A stretch of DNA of 64,000 nucleotides from an uncultured Candidatus Rokubacteria bacterium (GTDB lineage: Bacteria > Methylomirabilota > Methylomirabilia > Rokubacteriales > CSP1-6). Location: the NCBI GenBank assembly GCA_963789955.1, contig CAWBMV010000034.1, positions 960,001 through 1,024,000 of the forward strand, written 5' to 3'. The notes below the pieces were generated by a model, which saw only the letters and a list, made by a program, of their open reading frames with translations, did not search any database and was not told where the DNA came from. This document shows positions 38,009-48,868 of this stretch, in pieces. How positions within the stretch are numbered: the first letter of the stretch is position 1; every line of letters begins with the position of its first letter. The translations under genes were made by a program, and so were the position numbers.

Positions 38009-40294
38009 ATGGCCGAGCCGTTCGACGTCATCGGCAAATCGACCCCCAAGCGGGACGGCCCGGACAAGGTCACCGGGCGGACGCGCTATCTGCACGACCT
38101 CGAGCTGCCAAGGCTCTTGCACGGAAAGATCTTGCGCACGCCGGTGCCGCACGCACGGATCGTCCGGGTCGACACGAGCCGCGCCCGCGCGCTGCCGGGC
38201 GTGCTGGCGGTGCTGACGGGCGAAGACGTCGAGCAGCGGCCCTTCGGCTTCGCCAAGGACCAGATCGCGCTCAAGCGCGGCAAGGTGCGGTGCATCCGGG
38301 ACGAGGTGGCGGCGGTGGCGGCCGAGACGGCCGAGATCGCAGAGGAAGCACTCGCGTTGATCGACGCCGACTACGCGCCGCTGCCAGCGGTGTTCGATCC
38401 GCTGGCCGCGCTCGAGCCGGGCGCGCCGCTCGTGCACGAGGAGCTCACGACCAACGCGCATCATCTCCGCTACCGATTCGTTCACGGCGACGTCGACCGC
38501 GCGTTCGACGAGGCGGCGGCCGTGGTCGAGGACACGTACCGGTTGAACTTCGTCACGCCGGCGTGTCTCGGCACGATGGTCGCCATCGCCGACTGGGAGC
38601 CCACCACCGGCAGCCTCACCATGTGGTCCACGACCCAGGTGCCGTTCCTGTACCAGCGCGACCTCGGCGAGGCGCTCGGGATCGGCGGCGATCGCGTCCG
38701 GGTGCTGCAGCCTCCGGTCGGCGGCAACTTCGGCCGAGGCCTCGACATCTACCCGATCGACGTCATCGCCGCCATGCTCGCCCGCGCGGCGCGTCGGCCG
38801 GTGAAGATCGAGTTCGACCGCGTGGAGGAGTTCGTGGCCTGTCCGACGCGCGAGCCGTGCGCGATCCGGCTGCGCACGGCGGCCGACCGGGACGGACGGC
38901 TCCTCGCTCGCGACGCGCACGTGACGATCGACAGCGGCGCCTACACCTCCTGGGGCTCGACGACGCCCTACGTGATGATGTCGACGGTCGCCGGGCTCTA
39001 CCGGGTGCCGAACGTACGTTTCGACACGAGGATCGCGTACACGAACAATCCCTACTCCGGCTCGATGCGCGGCTACGGCAATCCCGAGTCCACGTTCGCG
39101 GTCGAGTCGCAGATGGACGACCTGGCCGATCGGCTCGGCATGGATCGACTCGAGCTCAGACGGCGGAACGTGACGAAGTCGGGCGACGTCAACCCCCAGG
39201 GATTCGTGCTCACCTCGTTCGCGATGCGTGAGTGCCTCGAGGCCGCGGCGGAGGAGATCGCGAAGACCCCGCCGCCAACGGTGCCCGGCTGGAAGCGCGG
39301 TGTCGGCTACGCCGGCATGTTCCACGTCGGCGGCGGCGCGCGCATCTACCGCTCGGACGGGTGCGGCGCGATCGTGAAGCTCGACGACTTCGGCAAGGTC
39401 ACGCTCATCACGGGCGCGAGCGAGATCGGCCAGGGCTCGGAGACGGTGCTCGCCATGATCGTCGCCGAGACGCTCGGCGTGCCGCTCGAGCGGGTCGACG
39501 TCGTCAACTCGGACACGAGCGTCAGACCCTGGGACGTCGGCACCCACGCGAGCCGCACGACGTTCGTCGCCGGCAATGCCGCGCGTCTGGCCGCGGAGAA
39601 GGTGAAGGCGCAGCTGCTCGAGACGGCCGCCGTGCAGTTCGGGGAGCCCGCGTCCGCGCTCTCTGTGAAGGGCGGCTGGGTCTTCGTCGAGCGCGACCCG
39701 CCGCGCCGACTCCAGTACGAGGCGGTGGGACGCGCGGGCCACTTCCGGGGCGGCGGCCGCATGCTGGTGGCCGAAGCGTTCTATGATCCGCCGACCACGA
39801 TGCTCGACAAGGATTTTCAGGGCAACGTGTCGGCCGCCTACACCTCGGCGTTTCAGGCGGTGCTCGTCGACGTCGATCCCGAGACGGGGCGAGTCGCCGT
39901 CCGCAAGGTCGTGTCCGCGCACGACGTCGGCCGGGCGCTGAATCCGGCCGCTGCCGAGGGCCAGGTGCACGGGGGCATCCACATGGGGCTCGGCTATGCG
40001 CTCTCCGAGAAGCTCGTCGTGGAGCAGGGCCAGGTGCTGAGCCAGACGTTCATGGACTATGCGGTGTTCAAGGCCGACGACATGCCCGAGATCGTCGTGC
40101 GGCTGATCGAATCCGTCGACGCCGAGGGGCCCTTCGGGGCCAAGGGCCTGGGCGAGTCCGGCGTGATTCCCGTCGCCGCCGCCGTTCGCAACGCGATCAA
40201 GGACGCGATCGGTGAGCGATTCACCGAGCTGCCGATCACCTCCGACCGCGTGCTCGTGTCCATTCAGCGGGCGGCCACACGCCATCCGCGGTAG
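38009..40294 (+). CDS. Xanthine dehydrogenase family Mo-binding subunit
   Basis: KVTGRTRY, VGGNFG, SMRGYG, IGQGSET, GAKGLGESG. Confidence 0.9.
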   Translation: MAEPFDVIGKSTPKRDGPDKVTGRTRYLHDLELPRLLHGKILRTPVPHARIVRVDTSRARALPGVLAVLTGEDVEQRPFGFAKDQIALKRGKVRCIRDEVAAVAAETAEIAEEALALIDADYAPLPAVFDPLAALEPGAPLVHEELTTNAHHLRYRFVHGDVDRAFDEAAAVVEDTYRLNFVTPACLGTMVAIADWEPTTGSLTMWSTTQVPFLYQRDLGEALGIGGDRVRVLQPPVGGNFGRGLDIYPIDVIAAMLARAARRPVKIEFDRVEEFVACPTREPCAIRLRTAADRDGRLLARDAHVTIDSGAYTSWGSTTPYVMMSTVAGLYRVPNVRFDTRIAYTNNPYSGSMRGYGNPESTFAVESQMDDLADRLGMDRLELRRRNVTKSGDVNPQGFVLTSFAMRECLEAAAEEIAKTPPPTVPGWKRGVGYAGMFHVGGGARIYRSDGCGAIVKLDDFGKVTLITGASEIGQGSETVLAMIVAETLGVPLERVDVVNSDTSVRPWDVGTHASRTTFVAGNAARLAAEKVKAQLLETAAVQFGEPASALSVKGGWVFVERDPPRRLQYEAVGRAGHFRGGGRMLVAEAFYDPPTTMLDKDFQGNVSAAYTSAFQAVLVDVDPETGRVAVRKVVSAHDVGRALNPAAAEGQVHGGIHMGLGYALSEKLVVEQGQVLSQTFMDYAVFKADDMPEIVVRLIESVDAEGPFGAKGLGESGVIPVAAAVRNAIKDAIGERFTELPITSDRVLVSIQRAATRHPR

Positions 40295-40302
40295 GAGTCG
40301 AT

Positions 40303-41496
40303 ATGAAGCTCTTCGAAGGCGTTCGCGTGCTGGACCTCTCACGGATGCTGGCGGGGCCGTACGGCTCCATGCTGCTCGCCGACATGGGCGCCGAGGTGAT
40401 CAAGATCGAGGATCCCGACGGCGGCGACCCGATGCGGATCATGGGGCCGCCGTTTTTGCCCGACGGCGAGTCGGCGTACTTCCTCGCGATCAACCGCAAC
40501 AAGAAGTCGCTCGCGCTCGATCTGGCGCGCGACCGCGGCCGCGAGGTGTTCTACGACCTCGTCCGGCAGTCGGACGTCGTCTGGGAGAACTTCCGGCCGG
40601 GCATCATGGAGCGGCTCGGCCTCGCGTACTCGAAGCTCTGGTCGCTCAATCAACGGATCATCGTCTGCTCGGTCTCGGCCTACGGGCAGGACGGGCCCTA
40701 TCGCGACTGGCCGGCGTTCGACCTCGCGCTGCAGGCGATGGGCGGCGCGATGTCCGTCACCGGCGAGGCGGGCGGCCGGCCGGTGCGCATGGGCTTGCCG
40801 ATGGCGGATCTCGCCGGCGGCATGTTCGGCGCCTTCTCCATCGCCGGCGCGCTGTTCCGCCGCGAGCGGACGGGCGAGGGCGCTCACATCGACCTCTCGC
40901 TGCTCGACTGTCAGGTCTCGCTCCTCACGTACATCGCGCAGTACTTCTGGACGAACGGGCGCGTGCCGATTCCGCTCGGCTCCGGCCACGCCTCGGTCGT
41001 GCCGTACTCGGCGCTGCAGACTCGTGACGGGCACCTGATCGTCGCGATCTTCGCCGAGAAGTTCTGGCCGCTCTTCTGCCGCGCGGTCGAGCATCCGGAG
41101 TGGGAGCGCGATCTGCGATTCGCCACCAATCGCGACCGGGTTCTGCATCGCGACGTCCTGATGCCGCTCGTCGAGGCCGCGTTCCGCACGCGCACGACCC
41201 GGGAGTGGCTCGAGCGGTTGCAGGGCGCGAACGTGCCGGCGACGCCGATCCTCAGCGTCGATCGCGTGCTGTCCGATCCGCAGGTGCTTCAGCGCGGCAT
41301 GGTCGTGGAGATGAACCATCCGCGCCACGGAAAGACGCAGACGCTCGGCTCGCCGGTCAAGATCGACGGCGCGCTGGGCCTCGAGGTGACGCCGCCGCCA
41401 CGGCTCGGCGAGCACACGAACGACATCCTGTCCCGTGTGCTCAAGTACACGAACGTGAAGATCGCGGAGCTCCACGCGACCGGAGCCATCGCGTGA
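40303..41496 (+). CDS. CaiB/BaiF family III CoA-transferase
   Basis: VLDLSRMLAGP, NRNKKS, ENFRPG, MADLAGG. Confidence 0.95.
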   Translation: MKLFEGVRVLDLSRMLAGPYGSMLLADMGAEVIKIEDPDGGDPMRIMGPPFLPDGESAYFLAINRNKKSLALDLARDRGREVFYDLVRQSDVVWENFRPGIMERLGLAYSKLWSLNQRIIVCSVSAYGQDGPYRDWPAFDLALQAMGGAMSVTGEAGGRPVRMGLPMADLAGGMFGAFSIAGALFRRERTGEGAHIDLSLLDCQVSLLTYIAQYFWTNGRVPIPLGSGHASVVPYSALQTRDGHLIVAIFAEKFWPLFCRAVEHPEWERDLRFATNRDRVLHRDVLMPLVEAAFRTRTTREWLERLQGANVPATPILSVDRVLSDPQVLQRGMVVEMNHPRHGKTQTLGSPVKIDGALGLEVTPPPRLGEHTNDILSRVLKYTNVKIAELHATGAIA

Positions 41497-42602
41497 ACGT
41501 CGCGATCCTCGGCGCGAGCCACGGCGGATTCACGACCGCGGCGGACCTCGCCCTCGCCGGTCACGCGGTTCGCCTCTGGGCGCGATCCGCACAGGCGCTG
41601 GGGCCTCTGGCGCACGATCCCACGATCGTGCTCACCGCCGAGGGGCGCTCCGGCACCGCCCGCCTGGCGCGGGCGACGACGGATCTCGCCGAAGCGCTCG
41701 CCGGCGCCGAGATCGTGATCGCGCCGATCCCCGCGACCGGCCACGACGACCTGGCCAAGAGCCTGGCGCCGCACGTGAACGAGCGCCAGATCATCCTGCT
41801 CACGCCGGGGACGCTCGGCAGCTATGCGATCGCGCGCGCGCTCGCCCGCGCCGGCGCCCGGCAGCCCTTTTCTTTCGCGGAGACCGGGACCCTGCCGTAT
41901 CTGACGCGAAGGACGGGGCCGGCGGCGGTGTCGGCGCCCGTGCGCGCCGCGAATCTTCCGCTCGGCGTGTTCCCGGCGTCGCGCACCAAGCAGACGGTCG
42001 CGCGGCTCGCCGACCTGTTTCCAGCCGCGCGCCCCTGCGTCGACGCGCTCGACGTGGCGCTGACGAACGCGGGGCCCGTGATCCACCCGCCGCTGGTGCT
42101 CCTCAACGCGGGCGCGATCGACGGCGGAGCCTTCGACGTCCACGCTGCGGGAACCACGCCGAGTGTCCGGCGGTTGATCGACGTGGTCGATGCCGAACGG
42201 GTCGCGACGCGCACGGAGTGGGGGTACCCGGCGCCGCACTATGAGCTCGCCACCTATTACGACGAGGCGCGCGCCGCCGAGGGCCTCTACGGCGCGGGCG
42301 CCAGGACGAAGCTCCTCGCGAGCGGTCTCTGGAGTGAGATCGTCACGATGCAGCACCGGTACGTCACCGAGGACGTGGCGTTCGGCCTGGCGCTCTTCGA
42401 GTCGGCGGGGCGCGCGGCGGGTGTCGACACGCCGGGTGTCTCGGGACTCCTCCTGATGTTTCGCGCGCTGCTCGGCCGTGAGCTGTCGGGACGCGGCCGA
42501 GCGCTGGAGCACCTCGGGCTCGGTGACTTCAGCCGGCGCGAGATCCGTGGATTCCTCGACCAGGGCTGGGAGTCGCCGATGTGGCCGAAGGTGATCCGTT
42601 GA
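41493..42602 (+). CDS. NAD/NADP octopine/nopaline (opine) dehydrogenase family
   Basis: ILGASHGG, ETGTLPY, NAGPVIHPPL, HRYVTEDV. Confidence 0.85.
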   Translation: MNVAILGASHGGFTTAADLALAGHAVRLWARSAQALGPLAHDPTIVLTAEGRSGTARLARATTDLAEALAGAEIVIAPIPATGHDDLAKSLAPHVNERQIILLTPGTLGSYAIARALARAGARQPFSFAETGTLPYLTRRTGPAAVSAPVRAANLPLGVFPASRTKQTVARLADLFPAARPCVDALDVALTNAGPVIHPPLVLLNAGAIDGGAFDVHAAGTTPSVRRLIDVVDAERVATRTEWGYPAPHYELATYYDEARAAEGLYGAGARTKLLASGLWSEIVTMQHRYVTEDVAFGLALFESAGRAAGVDTPGVSGLLLMFRALLGRELSGRGRALEHLGLGDFSRREIRGFLDQGWESPMWPKVIR

Positions 42603-43073
42603 GCGCTCCGCCCGCGCTCGAAGCCGATGGCCGGGGCGGTCTCACGCTGGGCGGCGCGCGCTATCTGCTGATCCGGCCCGAAACGCTCGTCGGGCTCCAG
42701 AAGGCGGTGGAGCACGGCGCTCGGCGAGCGCGCGGCGTCGTGCATCGCCGCTGGAGGCCGGGCCGGCGGCGCGCGGGCGGCGGCGTCGCTCGGCGGATCG
42801 GCGGAAGAGCGAGTCGGCCGTCTGCTCCGGATCGGCGGTGAGATCGGCTGGGGCGAGTTCGCGCTCGAGCGTCTGACCGCGACCGAGCTGTCGGTCAGCG
42901 TGCGCCATTCGCCCGTCGCCGAGTCGTACGGGCCGTCCGCGGCCCCGGTGTGCCATCTCATCCGCGGCGTGCTCGAATCGCTGGCGACCGCGACCTTCGG
43001 TCGGCCGGCCACGGTCGCCGAGACCGCGTGCGTCGCGACGGGCGCGCCGGCCTGTCGCTTCGTGGCCTCGTGA
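42599..43073 (+). CDS. Stand-alone V4R domain protein; frameshift near 42716
   Basis: GGARYLLIRPETL, then IGWGEF, CHLIRG, ETACVATGAPACRF. Confidence 0.8.
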
Positions 43074-43948
43074 CGGGCGCCGCCCTCGTCCACGTCGTGG
43101 TCAGCGGCCTCGCGACCGGCTCGATCTACGCGCTGATGGCGATCAGCCTCGTCATCATCTACAACGCGACCCGGACGCTCAACTTCGCGCAGGGCGAGAT
43201 GCTGATGATCTCGACGTTCGTGGGCTGGACCGCGCTGCAGGTGCTCGCGGTGCCTCTGGTCGTCGCGCTGCTGGTCGCCGTGGTCGCCGCGGCGCTCCTG
43301 GGCTTCCTGCTCGAGCGGCTGGTCATCCGCCATGCGATCTCGGCGACGCACTTCGACGTACTGATCATCACGCTCGGCTTGTCGCTGATGCTGCGCTCGG
43401 CCGCCGGGATCGCGTGGACCCACGACGAGTTTCCGTTCCCGTCGTTCTTCGGGAACCGGCCCCTCGCGATCGGCCCGGTGCGCGTGGCGCCGGTGTCGCT
43501 CGGCATCATCGGCGCGTCGCTCGGGCTCATGCTGGCCCTCGCCGCGCTGTTCCGCTGGACGCGCCTGGGCCGCGCGATGCGCGCGGTCGCGCAGAATCAG
43601 CGGGCGGCGCGGCTCATGGGGATCAGCGTCGAGCGCGTCTACTCGTCGTCCTGGGTCATCGCCTCGGTCGTCGGCGCCGTCGCCGGCGTGCTGATCGCGC
43701 CGGTCATCTTCCTTTCGTCGAAGATGGGGCTCGTCGCCATCAACGGATTCACGGCGGCCGTCCTGGGCGGGTTCGGCTCGATGCCGGGCGCGGTGGTCGG
43801 CGGCATGCTGCTGGGTGTCCTCGAGAACCTGGCGCCGCTCTACCTGCCCGCCTCGATCAAGCACTCCGTGCCGTTCCTGGTCATGATCACGATCCTGCTC
43901 GTGCGGCCCGGCGGCGTGCTCGGGCGCGTCGCGCGGCGAAAGGTCTGA
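43070..43948 (+). CDS. livH: Branched-chain amino acid ABC permease
   Basis: GSIYALMA, NFAQGE, GRAMRA, LGGFGS. Confidence 0.9.
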   Translation: MTGAALVHVVVSGLATGSIYALMAISLVIIYNATRTLNFAQGEMLMISTFVGWTALQVLAVPLVVALLVAVVAAALLGFLLERLVIRHAISATHFDVLIITLGLSLMLRSAAGIAWTHDEFPFPSFFGNRPLAIGPVRVAPVSLGIIGASLGLMLALAALFRWTRLGRAMRAVAQNQRAARLMGISVERVYSSSWVIASVVGAVAGVLIAPVIFLSSKMGLVAINGFTAAVLGGFGSMPGAVVGGMLLGVLENLAPLYLPASIKHSVPFLVMITILLVRPGGVLGRVARRKV

Positions 43949-44898
43949 TGCGACACGCCGCGCTCGCGACCGGCGCCGCGGTGGTGCTCGGCTGGCCGTG
44001 GGCCGCGCCGCCCTACTTCGTCTTCCTGGCGAGCCTGATCGCGATCAACGCGATCGTGGCCATCGGGCTCAATCTCCTCTCCGGCTACACGAATCAGCTG
44101 TCGTTCGGCCACGCCGGGTTCCTGGCGATCGGCGCGTACGCGGCGGCGATCCTCACGATCCGCGCGCCGGCGCTGCCGGTGCCGGTGACGCTCCTGATCG
44201 CGGGCCTCGTCACCGCGGCGGTGGGGTTGGCGCTGGGCGTGCCGTGCTTGAGGCTCGAAGGGCTCTATCTGGCCATGGCGACCCTCGCCTTCGGCTTCGT
44301 CGTGGTCGAGGCGATTCTGAGTCTCGACTGGCTCACGCGCGGTAACGACGGCCTGCGCGTGCCGGCGGCGCGCCTCGGCCCCTGGATGCTCTCGACCGAC
44401 ACCTCCCGCTACTACCTGGTCATGGCGGTCGCCGCGCTGTTGATCGTCGCCGCCGTCAACATCAGCCGGACGCGGACCGGGCGCGCGCTCCTGGCCGTGC
44501 GCGAGAGCGAGATCGCGGCGCAGGCGAGCGGCATCCACCTGGCCGCGTACAAGACCTTGGCCTTCGTCGTGTCGGCCTTCTACACCGGCGTGGCCGGCGG
44601 CCTCTTCGCACTCGTCGTCGGCTTCCTCTCGCCCGATTCCTTCGACGTCTTCCTGTCGGTGGACTTCGTCGCGATGATCATCGTCGGCGGCCTCGGCTCG
44701 ATCCTGGGCTCCGTGGTGGGCGCCGCCGTCATCACGACCCTCAACGACTCACTCGCCGGCTTTCAGAACTACCGGCCGCTGATTTTCGGCGCGATCCTGA
44801 TAACGTCCATGCTGTTCATGCCCGGCGGCATCGCGAGCGCGCTCGGTAAGATTGCCGGGGCGCGCTCCAGGCCCTCTCGACAAGGAGACGATCGATGA
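43948..44898 (+). CDS. livM: Branched-chain amino acid ABC permease
   Basis: GLNLLSGY..QLSFGHAGF, YLAMATLAF, VGGLGS. Confidence 0.9.
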   Translation: MRHAALATGAAVVLGWPWAAPPYFVFLASLIAINAIVAIGLNLLSGYTNQLSFGHAGFLAIGAYAAAILTIRAPALPVPVTLLIAGLVTAAVGLALGVPCLRLEGLYLAMATLAFGFVVVEAILSLDWLTRGNDGLRVPAARLGPWMLSTDTSRYYLVMAVAALLIVAAVNISRTRTGRALLAVRESEIAAQASGIHLAAYKTLAFVVSAFYTGVAGGLFALVVGFLSPDSFDVFLSVDFVAMIIVGGLGSILGSVVGAAVITTLNDSLAGFQNYRPLIFGAILITSMLFMPGGIASALGKIAGARSRPSRQGDDR

Positions 44899-46059
44899 TC
44901 AGCCGCTCGAGCGTTCTGCTGCTCCTGGCTCTCGCGCTTGAGCGCGCTGCCCGCCGGCGCCCAGACGCCGGGTGTCAGCGACACCGAGATCGTGATCGGC
45001 GGATCGAACTCGTTCTCGGGCCCGCTCGCCTTCACGGGAGAGCAGATCACCAAATACGGCGTCGATCTCTACTTCAAGGTGATCAACGACGCGGGCGGGA
45101 TCCACGGGCGCAAGGTCCGCACCGTCTACTACGACGACGCCTATCGCCCGCAAGACGCCGTGGCCAACACCAAGAAGCTCGTCGAGCAGGACCGCGTCTT
45201 CGCGATCATCATCCCGCAGGGCTCGCCGCCGGTGGTCGCGACGCTCGACTATCTCGAGGAGAACAAGGTCCCGCTGCTCTTCCCGTATCAGAGCTCGCCG
45301 GTGACCCGCGGCAAGCGCTACGTGATGCAGGGGATGACCCTGAGCGATCGGTCGTCGAAGATGATGATCGACTACCTGGCCGGGCAGCGGAAGGTCAAGA
45401 AGTTCGCCGCGCTCTACCAGGACGACGAGTACGGCAAGTCGTTTCTCACCGCCTTCGAGAAGGATCTGGGGCGCTACGGCCTCAAGCTCGTCGCCGCCGA
45501 ATCGGTCAAGCGCGGGGTCACCGACGTGAGCGCGCAGGTCGCGAAGCTCCAGGCGGCGAAGCCCGAGGTGACGTTCCTCGTGCTGGTGCCGGGCCCGGGC
45601 GCGCAGGCATTGAAGGAGCGCCAGAAGATCGGCTGGACCGACACGATCATGGTCTCGACGGGCCCGCTGACGGACGAGCGCTACCTGGCGCTCGCCGGGG
45701 ACGCCGCCGAGGGGGTCGAGGGGCTCTCGCTCTGGCCCGATCCGGTGAGCTCCGATCTGCCGGGCGTGAAGCTCTACCGGGAGCACATGCGGCGCTACTT
45801 CCCGCAGAACGAGCCGAATCGGTACTCGATCGCCGGCTACTTCGCGGCCATGCTCTTCGCGGAAGGCGCCAAGCGCGCCGGCCGGAACCTGACGCGCGAC
45901 TCGCTGATGACCGCGCTCGAGTCCTTCAAGGGCTACGAGAGCGGCATCCTGCCGCCGATCACGATCGGCCCCGACCACGAGACGCAGAAGCAGGGATTCT
46001 GGGTGCGGGTCGAGAAGGGCAGCTTCAAGCCGATGACGGACTGGCTCAAGTCCGAGTAA
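44895..46059 (+). CDS. Liv-type ABC substrate-binding protein; frameshift near 44933 in the signal peptide
   Basis: PGVSDTEIVIG, NDAGGIHGRK, DDAYRP. Confidence 0.85.
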
Positions 46060-46063
46060 GGCG

Positions 46064-46828
46064 GTGCTCGGTGTCGAAGATCTCTCGATCAGCTTCGGCG
46101 GCCTCGCGGCGCTGAGCGGGCTCAGCTTCGAGGTCCGCGATCGGGAGATCTTCGCGCTGATCGGCCCCAACGGCGCCGGCAAGTCGACCGTGTTCAACGT
46201 GATCACGGGCCTCTACCGTCCCTCGAAGGGCCGGATCACTCTCGGCGGCGACGACTTGCGCGCGCTGGCGCCGCATCAGATCGCGCGGCGGGGTGTCGCG
46301 CGCACGTTCCAGAACACCGAGGTGTTTCGCCAGCTGACGGCCCTCGACAACGTCCTGATCGGCCGCCACAGCCATCTGCGTACGGGCGTGATTCGCGGCG
46401 CGCTGTGGCTGCCGGGTGTCCGGAGCGAGGAAGCGCGCGCGCGCGAGGCGGCCCACGCGCTGCTGGCGCGCTTCGGGCTCGGCGACGTCGCCGCGACCGA
46501 AGCGGGCAGCCTGCCGCTGGGCGCCCAGAAGCGGCTCGAGATCGCCCGGGCGCTGGCCTCCGAGCCGCGGCTCCTCCTGCTCGACGAGCCGGCGGGCGGG
46601 CTCAACCCCACGGAGACCAGGACGTTGATGGCGGTCATCCGAGGCCTGCGGGACGAACGCGGGCTGACGATCGTGGTGGTCGAGCACGACATGGAGCTGG
46701 TGATGGGTATCTCGGACCGCGTGGCCGTGCTCGACCACGGGCGCAAGATCGCGGAAGGCGAGCCCCGGCAGATCGTGACCGACGCCGCTGTCGTCGAGGC
46801 GTATCTGGGCAGCGAGGAGGACGCGTGA
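46064..46828 (+). CDS. livG: ABC ATPase
   Basis: GPNGAGKS, ARTFQN, LLDEPAGG, VEHDM. Confidence 0.9.
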   Translation: MLGVEDLSISFGGLAALSGLSFEVRDREIFALIGPNGAGKSTVFNVITGLYRPSKGRITLGGDDLRALAPHQIARRGVARTFQNTEVFRQLTALDNVLIGRHSHLRTGVIRGALWLPGVRSEEARAREAAHALLARFGLGDVAATEAGSLPLGAQKRLEIARALASEPRLLLLDEPAGGLNPTETRTLMAVIRGLRDERGLTIVVVEHDMELVMGISDRVAVLDHGRKIAEGEPRQIVTDAAVVEAYLGSEEDA

Positions 46829-47562
46829 TTCCCGTGCTCGAGCTCGACGACGTCGCGGTCGCGTACGGCAAGCGGCGCGCGCTCGACGGGCTGACCTTGC
46901 GCGTGTTGCCGGGCGAGATCGTCACGTTGCTGGGCGCGAACGGCGCGGGAAAGTCGACGACCTTGCGCGCGGTGTCCGGGCTCGTGCGACCGACGCAGGG
47001 TCGCATCCGCTACGAGGGCCGCGACATCACCCGCGTCCCGGCCGACACCATCGTGGCCGCCGGCGTCAGCCACGTCCCCGAGGGCCGCGAGATCTTCCCG
47101 GAGTTCTCGGTTCACGAGAACCTGCTCGTCGGCGGCCACACCGTGGAGCGGTCGCGGATCGTCGAGCGGCTGGAGTCGGTCTTCCGCCTCTTCCCCGTGC
47201 TCCGCGATCGGAAGGCGCAGATCGCCGGCACCCTCTCGGGCGGCGAGCAGCAGATGCTCGCCATCGGCCGCGCGCTGATGACGCGGCCGCGGCTCCTGCT
47301 CCTGGACGAGCCCTCGCTCGGGCTGGCGCCGATCCTCGCGCGCGAGATCTTCCGGGTGATCCGGCGCATCAACGACGACGGCGTCGCGGTGCTGCTCGTC
47401 GAGCAGAACGCGCGGCGCGCGCTCGCGCTCGCCTCCCGCGGCTACGTCCTCGAGACCGGGCGGCTCGTCACGTCGGGCACGAGTGCCCAGCTCACGGCCG
47501 ATCCGCGCGTCCGCACCGCCTACCTCGGACTCGACCGCGTCCGCGGCGACGTCGCGGGCTGA
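46825..47562 (+). CDS. livF: ABC ATPase
   Basis: GANGAGKS, LSGGEQQM, DEPSLGLAP, VEQN. Confidence 0.9.
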   Translation: MIPVLELDDVAVAYGKRRALDGLTLRVLPGEIVTLLGANGAGKSTTLRAVSGLVRPTQGRIRYEGRDITRVPADTIVAAGVSHVPEGREIFPEFSVHENLLVGGHTVERSRIVERLESVFRLFPVLRDRKAQIAGTLSGGEQQMLAIGRALMTRPRLLLLDEPSLGLAPILAREIFRVIRRINDDGVAVLLVEQNARRALALASRGYVLETGRLVTSGTSAQLTADPRVRTAYLGLDRVRGDVAG

Positions 47563-47575
47563 CGCGCTAGACTCC

Positions 47576-48868
47576 ATGGCCGTGAGCGGGAGCACGATGT
47601 GGCAGCCCGAGCTCGAGACCCTCGATCGCGAGCCGCTCGAGCGGCTCGTCGTCGAGCGGATGCGCGCGACGCTCGCTCGAGTCCTGAGCGAGCCGGCCTG
47701 GGCGCGCCGTCTCGGGGGCGTCCGCCCCGGAGACATCGCGCGTGTCGCGGACTGGCGGACGCTGCCGTTCCTCACCAAGGACGAGCTCCGCGACGCGTAC
47801 CCCTACGGGCTCGCGTGCGCGCGCGCGGCCGGCTACCGGCGCATCCAGATGTCGAGCGGCACGACCGGCAACCCGATCTTGAATCCGTACACGGACGGCG
47901 ATGTGGCGCAGTGGGGCGAGGTCATGGCGCGCTGCTACGCCGCCGCGGGTGTCGGCCGCGACGACGTCATCCAGATCACGCCCTCGTTCGGCCTGTTCAC
48001 CGGCGGATTCGGCTTCCACTACGGCGCCGAGAGGATCGGGGCGATGGTGATCCCCACCGGCGCCGGCCGGACGGCGCTGCAGCTCCGCCTCATGCGCGAT
48101 CTGAAGGCGACCGTCGTCACCGCGATCGCGACCTATCCGCTGCGCCTGATCGAGGCGGCGCGCGAGGACGGCTTCGATCTGGCCTCGCTCTCGCTCCGGG
48201 TCGGCATCCTCGGCTCGGAGATGTGGTCCGACGAGCTGAGAGCGCGCATCGAGCGTGAGCTCGGCATCCGGACCTTCGACATCATCGGCATGACCGAGAC
48301 CGGCGGGCCCGGACTCGGCATCGACTGCGCCGCCCGCCGCGGCGTCCACGTCTGGGAAGACCACTACTACCCCGAGGTCATCGATCCGATGACCGGCGCG
48401 GTCGTGCCGGACGGGACGGAGGGTGAGCTCGTCCTCTCGACCTTGACGCGCGAGGGGCTGCCGCTCGTCCGCTATCGAACGCACGACCTGACGCGGATCG
48501 TGTCGCGCGCGCGCTGTGACTGCGGCCGCACGTCGCTGAGGCTCGACCGGCTTCGCGGCCGCGTCGACGACATGGTGATCTACAAGGGCATCAACTTCTA
48601 TCCGCGACAGATCGAGACCGCCTTGTTGAAGCACGCCGGCGTGAGCCACGAGTATCAGGTCGTGCTCGACTCGGATGGCGGCGGCGAGCGGATGACGATC
48701 CACGTCGAGACGGACCCCGGGTGCGACCCGGCGGTCGCCGCGCGGATCCGGCGGGAGCTCCACGACGTGCTGGCGCTGAGTCCCGAGATTCGTCTGTGCG
48801 CCCACGGCGCGATCGAGCGGGCGCAGGGCAAGGCGGTGCGCGTCGTCGATCGCCGTCCGCGGCGATGA
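47576..48868 (+). CDS. Phenylacetate-CoA ligase (PaaK)-like aryl-acid CoA ligase
   Basis: LPFLTKDELRD, SSGTTGNP, GLFTGGFG, RYRTHD, GRVDDM. Confidence 0.9.
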   Translation: MAVSGSTMWQPELETLDREPLERLVVERMRATLARVLSEPAWARRLGGVRPGDIARVADWRTLPFLTKDELRDAYPYGLACARAAGYRRIQMSSGTTGNPILNPYTDGDVAQWGEVMARCYAAAGVGRDDVIQITPSFGLFTGGFGFHYGAERIGAMVIPTGAGRTALQLRLMRDLKATVVTAIATYPLRLIEAAREDGFDLASLSLRVGILGSEMWSDELRARIERELGIRTFDIIGMTETGGPGLGIDCAARRGVHVWEDHYYPEVIDPMTGAVVPDGTEGELVLSTLTREGLPLVRYRTHDLTRIVSRARCDCGRTSLRLDRLRGRVDDMVIYKGINFYPRQIETALLKHAGVSHEYQVVLDSDGGGERMTIHVETDPGCDPAVAARIRRELHDVLALSPEIRLCAHGAIERAQGKAVRVVDRRPRR

